NCBI GenBank assembly: GCA_964016885.1
Contig: OZ024743.1
Span: 191,084,001-191,148,000 of the forward strand
Direction of reading: 5' to 3'
Origin: Eledone cirrhosa
Lineage: Eukaryota
DNA: 64,000 bases
Under the pieces are notes generated by a model that saw only the letters and a program-made list of their open reading frames with translations, did no database searches and was not told the origin of the DNA. The first letter of the stretch is position 1, and each line of letters begins with the position of its first letter. Position numbers and translations under genes: made by a program. Below are positions 15,490 through 25,817 of this stretch, piece by piece.

Positions 15490-16051
15490 TATTTATACAT
15501 ATATACTGACGCGCAGCAGACAACCACTCACACATACATCCACACAACACAAACACACACACTCACAATTATATATTTATTTATATATATATATACCTAT
15601 AGCAATCTCTTTATTTGTGTTTTGTTGATTAACATACACATATTTAGAAGTCTCTACATTATACCAGTGAAATCTCTCTCAAAATAATATGTAAAAATAT
15701 TAATGTAATCAACATAAAACTATGCCTGAAATGGCATGAATACATTTAATCATGGCTTTGTTCGATCAGAGCTGCTTCGAGGCTATAAAACAACAATAAC
15801 CATCAGCTGCTTTAATGAAAGTATATATATGTTGGTTAATAATCCTTGCCCATTGCCTCTTAATCCTCTCATTTATAGACCTTTGCAATGCTACTTATTC
15901 TTTGGTTAATTTCTATTGATTTGTTTCTTTTTAATGTTTACTAAACTGTAAAGTTAAATATTTATTTCAAATAAAATATCATCGGTATGTATATATACAT
16001 ATGTATACATATATATGGTAATATATATTTTTCTTTCCATTACTATTACAA

Positions 16052-16138
16052 GGAGTCTGACGAGCCGTGTAATACAGAGTCGGGAAGGATCGACACAGAT
16101 CGAACCTTGAGCTGATCAGTGGCGAAACGCGCGTCACC
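16052..16138 (+). ncRNA. Type I hammerhead ribozyme motif with extended stem II
   Basis: gt CTGACGA gcc...ggc GAAA c gcgc g TC ac. Followed by AATAAA and (TA)n. Stem I is short. Confidence 0.6.
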
Positions 16139-16188
16139 AACCAATAAACATAATGAAGGAGTAACCAATCGTCCATGTTATTTTATTA

Positions 16189-16311
<123 letters not shown>

Positions 16312-16896
16312 AAAAGGAAGTTGAAAATGTAATGCAATTTGAGTCTTTAAGAAGGTTGTTTTACAATAGTTTATAACTTTACTGTTTTTACAACTTCAAT
16401 GTTTTTCAAGTTAAAAGAGATGGAGAGATGTGTGGCTATGCTGACTTGTAACTCGCATCTAAATAATAAATTGGGTTTCTTTCAATTTTATGGAAAACAT
16501 GTGGCTCAGATTGCTATATTTTTGAAGTACAATTTGATAGGTGGGGAAGAACCCGTGATTACGCATCGAATTCTTTCGTAAATTCGCAGCAAAAATCACG
16601 AATGCCATGGTACCTTCAGTTTTATGCAGTAAAGTCGCTCACGTTTAAAGTATAATTTGATACGCTGAGGATGATCACGTGGTTAGGCATCGAATTTTGT
16701 ACGACTTTCGCGCCAAAAACGGGAGTGAAGTGTTCCACTGAATATGGATAGTACTAATTCATGTCAGTTTTTCGTTTGTACAATAGTCAAGAGTTGATTA
16801 TTCTAGGTATTGCCTTTGTGGCAAGTTCAGGAATTCTATTTTATGTGATTCTGTGTTTGTGTGTGTATGTCTGTGCGCGTGTGTGTGAGTGTGTGT

Positions 16897-16970
<74 letters not shown>

Positions 16971-17002
16971 CATATATTTAAACTAGTTCTGACACTTGGC
17001 AG

Positions 17003-17068
17003 GTGAACAGTGAGCTGTACTGATGAGGGGTGATACCCAGAAACATTGGTGTCTGCAGTTCTGTTTAC
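17003..17068 (+). ncRNA. Type I hammerhead ribozyme (canonical core, extended stem I)
   Basis: gtgaaca-gt-gagctgta CTGATGA gggg tgata ccca GAAA ca ttgg tg TC tgcagttc tgtttac. Predicted GUC cleavage. Second copy at 56159-56224. Confidence 0.8.
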
Positions 17069-17222
17069 ATGCCAAGACAAGAGCAGGAATGAAGGGTTCA
17101 TTCTACTGACATGGCTTTAAAAATGAGGCTAGTCTGCATAATTGCAAACGAATCGAATGTTGTTGTTAATATTCGAAAAACTCAGATTACATTTATTGTG
17201 TTCAGCCATGTAGAGTGAAAAT

Positions 17223-17244
<22 letters not shown>

Positions 17245-17255
<11 letters not shown>

Positions 17256-18390
17256 TTCCACGGCTGAGGAGTTAAAAAAAAGATGGTATGTTCACAGACA
17301 CCCCGGTAAGAACCGTAGACTTGGGAACTCTACAACGCTAGCCAATAAAATCTGGCAGCTAAAGAACACAAGCCAGGAAAATGGGATTAGCTGGTCGAAA
17401 TTATCGGGAGCAAGGGCTTACTACAATGGAATGTCCCACTGCGGACTTTGTAATATGGAGCTATTCCATATTTTAAAGTACGATAAGATGCTGCTTAACG
17501 GCAAAATACAAAGATCAATTTTCTGTAGGAACAAAGCAGCTAGCGAGTTCACAAATTTCAAACCAGCATGATTCGACCCAGCAATCCCAAATTTCGAACT
17601 GAACCACCAGGATTTTAACGTACGGAATACATACCACCACTCAGTTATTAGCTGTTAACTAACCGACTGGTCACTAGATCATAAATCTCCTAACCTTTCT
17701 TTCACTCTCTCTCCCTAAAGCCACATCAACCCCAATAAGATAAGACAATCAGCAGGCTAAATATATACCACTCACACATATCAAAACCGCCTTCCCCATC
17801 CATCCTTAGCCTTTATGTCTCATCCTCGTATCTCTCACTTAATTTTTAATTTATTGTTTTTTTCTTTTATCTGTCATTTGTTACTACCTCCTATTCTCGA
17901 CACGTATGTATGTATATATCTAATATTGCTTTTCATGTTAGTACTACCTCCATCCCCACATCCTTATACAGACACTTACTCACCACCACCAATATTATCA
18001 ACTATCTTTTTCTGTACTTATATACTTTTACTTATTTTTTATTTCTTTATATTTGTTTACTTTTTACATCTGTAACTTATTTACCTATTTATCATTATAT
18101 TTTATTATTGATGTTATTGTTTTGATTTTACGCTGTATCTCTCTATATATATATATAATTGCCATCTGTGAGCTCTCTAGAATTCTGAGGATTTGATCAG
18201 AGGTAAACATTGTATTTGAGGTCGAGTGACGCAACTTCGAATGATTAGCGGCCTCTAGACTCACCTGATCAATGAAACAATTGTTAATACTTGAAATAAA
18301 GGCCATATCTATGGAAACATCTTGTTGAGTCAAACAAAGCCGTACAACCTCTAACTGGATTACCTATAACGATAACTTGTTATCCCATAT
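17245..18390 (+). mobile_element. 5'-truncated Penelope-like element (GIY-YIG C-terminus, 3' UTR, HHR-bearing terminus)
   Basis: YIGSTAEELKKRWYVH...STTLANKIWQLK...W..LSGARAY...CGLCNMELFHIL...LLN...CRNK. HHR at 18180-18290. Bounded by (TA)n. Confidence 0.85.
18180..18290 (+). ncRNA. Hammerhead ribozyme with ~80-nt stem II domain and palindromic stem III
   Basis: att CTGAGGA t ttgatcag...ctgatcaa t GAAA c aatt g TT aatac. Second copy at 31248-31358. Confidence 0.65.
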
Positions 18391-18413
18391 ATATATATAT
18401 TTAATATAGAAAT

Positions 18414-18464
18414 GGCTTCTACCAGACTAGAACTGTTTCATTCGGGAGAAATCGTCAGGAAGCC
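18414..18464 (-). ncRNA. Type I hammerhead ribozyme
   Basis: Reverse complement: ggcttc CTGACGA t ttc tccc gaa t GAAA cag ttctagt ctg g TA gaagcc, with a perfect 6-bp stem I. The adjacent sequence 18490-18590 is related to 51545-51650. Confidence 0.72.
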
Positions 18465-18738
18465 CTGATATATATTAATATATTAATCTGAATGGATGCA
18501 GTAAAAACCAGTTAGACCATTATTCACCAGTGTACTCGATACTTGGGGTAGTAGAGTGGGTGATATGAAACATTCAGGACCGCGACGGCTGAGCTCTTAC
18601 CATTTCAACAGCTAGATCCGAACTGAACCGCAGGTGTTCTGTCGGTGGAAATAGCTAACCTCAGCAGGGCTGGAATTGGGGAGTAAAATCCAAGTATGGG
18701 CAATCAGTCTATACGTAAAAAGCTGATTACAAAAGGTA

Positions 18739-19290
18739 GTGACTATAATCACTACCTTAAATTCATAGCAAAAGGCCTTCAAAACCTTTTGAAATAATCA
18801 TACAATATATTGACTTTGCCTTTCATCCTTACGGGGTCGATAAAATAAAGTACCAGTAATGCACTGGATAATTGCTGGCCTTGTGCCTAAAGTAGAAACA
18901 ATTATTAAATATACAATACTTAAATTCATATATAAATCACTGTTTCAGAGTTCCATCACCGATTTCTCATTGTTGCTGAGCCGGCAACCGATCTGTATGT
19001 TAATGAGTTTAAACAGCTCATGAATATAATTGGTATTCTATAAGAATCCAGTTTCTACAGCTCACAGCAAACACGTAGGGATATGTAACCTTGATAACCG
19101 CTAAACAGCGAACAATTATCGTCAGTTATATCCCTTTGTTTTTGATGAAGCTCAGTGTGTGACTATAGTCACTACCTTAAATTCATAGCGAAAGGCCTTC
19201 ACATGTTTTTAAATAAACATACAGTATATTATTGAAAATACAATACGTACATTCATATATCCATCGATATTTCAGAGCTCCAACACAGAT
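18739..19290 (+). mobile_element. Partial tandem (~325-bp monomer) retrozyme-like repeat with a degenerate HHR (19078-19134), interrupted by a SINE fragment at 18812-18906
   Basis: GTGACTATA.TCACTACCTTAAATTCATAGC.AAAGGCCTTC at 18739 and 19159. gggatatgtaac c TTGATAA ccgct aaac agcg aac...GTC a gttatatccc. Confidence 0.6.
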
Positions 19291-19304
19291 ATATATATGT
19301 ATAT

Positions 19305-19966
<662 letters not shown>

Positions 19967-20271
19967 AATTTGAGACGACATAATTCTATTACTCCTACAC
20001 ATGTTTCTGGAATTATGCTATTTCAGAAAGTTGTATAACAGTTACACGGGGTATTGTATAATACTGATTATGACATAAAGAATAATTTAAAGAATGATTT
20101 GGAGCTTGTTCACTTTTTCTGTTCAATAGTTAGGCGGTGAAATATAATATTAATGTGTCTTTACCCATTGCACGCAGGTTTATATACCTTTGTGCCCTTT
20201 TTATTTATTGAATTACTTTTTTAACTTTCTAATCCTTTATTTCTTCATTGTTATCATTATTGTTCTGAAAG

Positions 20272-20463
20272 GGCGGTGAATTGGCAATATCGGTAGAGGG
20301 TCCGACGTCATGCTTTGACGCATAGAGTTACGGCCCTTGCCATTCTGAGTTCAAATCCCGCCGAAGTTAACTTTGCCTTTCATCCTTACTGGGTCGATAA
20401 AATAAAGTACCAGTAATATACTGGGCATTTTCTGGCCTTGTGCCAAAAGTAGAAACAATTATT
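20272..20463 (+). mobile_element. tRNA-derived SINE, full length
   Basis: A/B boxes, core and AGTAGAAACAATTAT tail. Confidence 0.88.
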
Positions 20464-20958
20464 GTTCTTTGGCGTATCTCTGTTTTTCATTATTCCTGTA
20501 TCTTTGTCATTCTTCATAATTTTGCGCCTGCAAGGATTCACCTGACTTGTCTGTATAAAACATAGTCACGATGACCAAACTCATTTATAAAATTCCCCTT
20601 AAGAAGTGAACAAGCTGCGAGTAACGGGAAATTTGAAGTCATTATCAGGATTAAGTGATCCGTCATAATTATGAAATGCAGTGAGTGGGGAAAATCAGAG
20701 CAAGATGAAGTAATAATAATATGTGGTGGATTAAACATTGTATGTATTATACTGTACTCTTGCCATCGCATCTCATATTCGGATACACATGCACGAAAAC
20801 TGAATTTAACCTCCCTAACTGAATTTACTTACTTCTGGAAAGAACCGATAGCAGAAGCACATTGAATTCTTAAAATCAGCAACACCCATAATTTTCCTAT
20901 AGTATTTGTTCTTGTGAGTACATACACTAACACACACACGCACACACGCATGCGCGCG

Positions 20959-20993
<35 letters not shown>

Positions 20994-21409
20994 TACACCT
21001 ACTATGAATTGTGAGAGATGTATCTCTTCAGAAGTAATAAATGAAACAAGTTCAAGGAAAAGTCTGTGAAAACCAGTCCAGAAATAGGGATATATTACAC
21101 TAATGATAACTACATATTTACGGAAATCTCACAACTGGAACGACGGTTAATATGACGACATACAGAACGCTGTCAAATATTTCAAAATTCAACAGAGTAT
21201 AACAAAAAATATATAAAAACGGGCTAATTCATTACAAATTTTATAGAAATTACATATTTCTATTATTACATATATTTGTCGAATCAAGAATTTAATATAG
21301 ATACAAATAAATATTATTGAAGTTATACATAAATATGCACATATAACTATATACATACACACACTCACACACATACATATATATTTTGTGCGTGTATATA
21401 TATATATAA

Positions 21410-21505
<96 letters not shown>

Positions 21506-22302
21506 AGTGAGAGAGAGAGAGAGTGTGAGGCAGAGAGATAATCAGTTACAGCAGTGTCATAAGCAGGTTCTTAAAATTCGTTAGTTTGTTTAAACTAACT
21601 CATTCAGGCCATCATAATAAATAAATGGCTTCCATCTGTGGAGATTTTAGAACAGATAGGACAGTTCTAAGGGCAGGTAACCCAGGAATTATCCTACTTT
21701 GCAGTATTTCCTTGAAGACAAGGAAGCGCTACTTAAATATGTGGCCCGACTGCTTCAATCGTTGTCCTGGTGAAGTAAAATCTGTTCTGACAATGGTCTA
21801 GACCAGATTAATTTTATGGATTTTTCAAGTTAACCCTTGGCTCAATGTGAAAGACAAACTGCCTAACTTTCGGTTTTTTTAAAGATATCTCTCTATACAT
21901 TGACAAAATTTAAGGCCTTTGTCTAATTATATTATAATATCGGGATTACTTGTCCAGAGAACTCTCTTACACTTTCGGTTGGAAGACAGTTTTATTTATT
22001 ATGACAGGCTGAATGTGTTATGGTAAACAACTTCTTTACTTTTGTAAACGGAAAAGTTCATGTAATTATGTATGTAAATATGTATGAATTTATGTGTATG
22101 TTTATACATCTTTATGTATGTATATATATACAGTATATATATATTAGAATTGGTGCTCTGAAATAGTGATATAGATATGAATGTATATACAGTGTATTTT
22201 GCAATACACTGTATGCTTAATTAAAAGCATTTTGAAGACCATATGCTATTGTTTTAGAATAGTGACAATGTCACTTATTTAAATTTTCAGCAAACAGGGG
22301 AG

Positions 22303-22353
22303 ATAAACTGACAGAGCTCTGTTTCGTACTTTTTGGTACTTATCAAAGTTCAC
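22303..22353 (-). ncRNA. Hammerhead ribozyme, U3-A8 core variant
   Basis: Reverse complement: gtgaact TTGATAA gtac caaaaa gtac GAAA cagagctctg TC agtttat. Confidence 0.78.
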
Positions 22354-22601
22354 TACCGCTCCTGTTTGCCGAAAGTTATGTGTGTTGGAAGCGTATGGTC
22401 ATCAAAATGCTTTTAATTAAGCATACAGTGTATTGCAAAATACACTATATATACATTTATATATATATCGCTATTTCAGAGCACCAATGCTAATTTTCAA
22501 TTTCTGTTGGACCGGCGACTGCTCTGTATAATCAGTTCCTGATTATTACTGGAATTCTATAAGAATCAAACACACATAACTTTCGGCAAACAGGATGGGT
22601 A

Positions 22602-22652
22602 GTGAACTTTGATAAGTACCAAAAAGTAAGAAACAGAGTTCTGTCAGTTTAT
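22602..22652 (+). ncRNA. Hammerhead ribozyme, U3-A8 core variant (second copy, two substitutions)
   Basis: gtgaact TTGATAA gtac caaaaa gtaa GAAA cagagttctg TC agtttat. Outer stem gcaaacagg/cctgtttgc. Confidence 0.7.
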
Positions 22653-22762
22653 CTCCCCTGTTTGCTGAAAATTTAAATAAGTGACATTGTCACTATTCTA
22701 AAACAATAGCATATGGTCTTCAAAATGCTTTTAATTAAGCATACAGTGTATTGCAAAATACA

Positions 22763-22835
<73 letters not shown>

Positions 22836-22929
22836 GAAGGACGAGCGTTTAGATCTTCATTACATATATAAATGTAATTAAAATATAACACCTCGTCCTT
22901 GATTATTATTATTATTATTGTTGTTCTTC

Positions 22930-23437
22930 GAGTCTCAGTCATTGATGTTATTTAACTGGAAAGTTTGTTGGAATGAATATCAAGCCGTTACCTGCAGCCT
23001 CGGACATTCGGGATGTATCGGAGGGTTCTTGCTGTTCCCAGCAAGCATGCCTTTTGAAGTGTTCCAAAAAGCGGGGCTGGACTAATCTTCTTTAACCGTC
23101 CTTGGAAACTCTTTGAGATAGTACCTACTGCGCCTATGACAATCGGGACGACTTTGACTTCATGGCAGTTCCAAATCCTTTTTAACTCCCACTTTAAATC
23201 TTGGTATCGGTTAATTTCTCCCTCTCCTTTTCTTGCACTCTTGTGTCAAATGGGCAGGCTACGTCTACAATCAGGCATGATCTTTTTTCCTTGTCAGAAA
23301 CCATCAGGTGAGGCCTATTGTGTTCTAACGTCTTGTCCGTCTGTATACTAAAAACCCATAGCAGCTTCACCTGATCGTTTTCTATCACTGACTCTGGCTT
23401 ATGCTCATACCACTTCTCAAAATGTGGTAAATAGTTG

Positions 23438-23440
<3 letters not shown>
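22930..23440 (-). mobile_element. R4/Dong 3' end (RLE)
   Basis: IENDQVKLLWVFSIQTDKTLEHNRPHLMVSDKEKRSCLIVDVACPFDTR. Flanked by (ATT)n on both sides. Confidence 0.9.
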
Positions 23441-23473
<33 letters not shown>

Positions 23474-23691
23474 GAATGCTATGGTTGACGGAGGCTCGGC
23501 TCTGTAAGGTATTGTAAATTTTGAACGCTATAACAATTGTAAATTGTTTAAAGCTTTAACCAACTTGTAGACAAAAACACCCTCCTCCTCGTGAGAGGGT
23601 CTTTCTGCCCGTTATTTGGCCCTTCGGGGTTAAATAACTGCTTATTGGGGTTTTGTGCCCAATATTTATTTTAAACAAAAAAAACAACAAC

Positions 23692-25782
23692 ATGGCTACG
23701 AAAAAGAATTTTCATAGGTCACTCCCACTCATTCCATCTTCTTCTTCCTCATTCGTCACTACAGCAGTGAGAAGATTGTCTCTCTCCCTCCCTTCTTTAA
23801 ATGTGTCTCTCTCCCTCCCTTCTCTTTCGCAAGCGACGACAGAAAAGAAAAGTCTCGTGCAAAGCGTGCAAGATTTCTCCACGACGACGACGACAACGAC
23901 GAAACAGGTGTGCGGAAAATACGAAAACCCATTTCATTCGTCTGACGTCAGGAATAATAGCAGTAGCAGCCGTAATAACAACAGCAACAGTGACAATGAA
24001 AACAACAGTAGCAGCCGCAACAGCATCAGCAGCAGCAAAAACAACAACAACCACAGCAACAGCGGCGGCGGCAGTAGTCGTAGTACCTGCAGCAACAACA
24101 AAAGTAACAGCAGCTCTGACGACAACAACAACAACAGCAGCAAAGAAAAACCAATCTCGTTTGCAGGTATCGCGAAGAACCTGGAAACAATCCTCATAAC
24201 AAATGAGGAGTTAGAGGAAGCGAAGAAGATGGTGATAAAAACTGGACACCGAGCAATCTGCAAGCCAGCGGAAAAATATTTCGAAACCCAACAGCACTGT
24301 ACGGTCACGTACCGTACAGTAAGTACAAAATCCCGTAGGGTGGAAAGAGCCACAGAGGCTCAAATACAAAAAGCCTTGGGGTCTGTGTGGCAGCGGAAAA
24401 CACACATCACCCGAGGCAAGAAATATGCCACCGTAGACGTACTTTTTGCCACACCCCAGGAGGCAAAGGCTCAATCCGTAGTGACACTAAGGAGCGAGGA
24501 AATGGTGTGGGTCCCTCCTACTGCGGGCAAAAAATTGTGACGGTCAAACTGACCCACGCTCCCCCACCCCCCCGGGATGGCCCCTTCTTGACTGGCCGCG
24601 TCTGTCCTCGTCGGAATCGAGGACAAAACAAGTCTACTGCAAGTACAGAAGAAAGTAAGAGAAGATTGGGTCGGCACCTCCATTGAGATGTTAATCCAAA
24701 CCAACCAGGAGTGCATCGAAGCTATCCCGGATGTGATAGACTTCGATAACGGCACTCAACTGCCCATAAGTGTTGAGGGCAAACGCCCGAAATGCTTTCG
24801 CTGTGGATCGAAGATTCACCTCGGGGCCTTCTGCAACGAGAAGACCCTGAGTAAGGAGAAAACCCCTCTCCTTCCGAAACCGGCTCCACGGCTACCAGCA
24901 ACAGGACAAGCGGAAACCAGGAACGATAGGTCCGTGGCACCCATACCCACGCCACGGAAATCAAAAACAGCAGCAGCAGTGGAAGTATTAACAACAACAA
25001 CAACAGCAATACCAAATGCAGCTGCAACAGAGACTCCAGTGCAAACATCACCAACAACAACAAGTGAAAGAGTGGAGCTGGTACCCCTCTCCGACCTCAC
25101 AGAATCAGACATGGAGTGTGAGGTGGGAGAGGGATGGCAAAAGGTTGTAAGAAGGCACAAACGCAGAAGCAGCGCATCGTCGCCTTTGAAAAGGGAGGAA
25201 AGAAATTAAAAAAGGGTAAAGTCTACTGCAAAGAGACTCACAGCAGCAACACCACCAACACCATCACCACCCACACTAGCACCACCATCACCACCGGCGA
25301 CAACCCCACCGCTAACAACGACAACACCTTCAACACCACCACCACAAGCACCAACATCGCAAACACAACAACAAAACACACACACCCAGCAAAAACGACA
25401 AGAAAATAGCAGAACCACACCCCACCCCCAGAAAAACAAATGCACGGCAATAAATACACACAACAAGAAACTAATGACTTACATAATTGAACACACACAC
25501 ATTTCACAACACGACTACATAATACCAGCACCAATCAAAACGCCAACTAACATAAGACTGTTAAAAATAGCACAGAAACAATACACAAACATTAAAACGA
25601 AATTCCCCAACGCAGTTGGTGATTTCAGAGACCTAGGAGGAACTATCAACCGAAGAGTATATTCGGACATACTCATAGAAGAGCCGACGACCAGCCGAAG
25701 GGACAATTCAACGGTCCCTTCACCAGACGATCAAGTGAAAAGGGATGTAAAAAGCATCCCTCCTCTACAAAAAGTACGGTAA
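23692..25782 (+). pseudogene. Tx1 ORF1 (gag-like, CCHC knuckle), frameshifted
   Basis: N/S-rich N-terminus, ISVEGKRPKCFRCGSKIHLGAFC knuckle, T-rich linker and a C-terminal block homologous to 6828-7361. Frameshifts at ~24515, ~24570 and ~25190. Confidence 0.75.
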
Positions 25783-25817
25783 GTGGTCTTTCCCATCTTT
25801 TCCACTCTATTTTAAAC

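Larger units (their letters stand above)
22147..22770 (+). mobile_element. Retrozyme-like unit: ~1.2 monomers (318-bp period) preceded by an inverted copy, with two HHRs
   Basis: TATGGTC..CAAAATGCTTTTAATTAAGCATACAGTG at 22394 and 22712. 22147-22386 is the reverse complement of the downstream unit. HHRs at 22303-22353(-) and 22602-22652(+). Confidence 0.75.

Noticed and set aside
20541-20613. Minus-strand 73-nt segment bounded by AG/GT (CSLLKGNFINEFGHRDYVLYRQV)
   Set aside because: No recognisable homology or partner exons. Such splice-like pairs arise by chance.
21704-21772. Putative exon YFLEDKEALLKYVARLLQSL (+), or mariner-like ILLHQDN (-)
   Set aside because: Too short, with nearby stops and no supporting neighbouring exons or TIRs.
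23797-25534. Antisense ORFs over the Tx1 ORF1 region
   Set aside because: They are low-complexity shadows of CAA/CAG-rich sense sequence.
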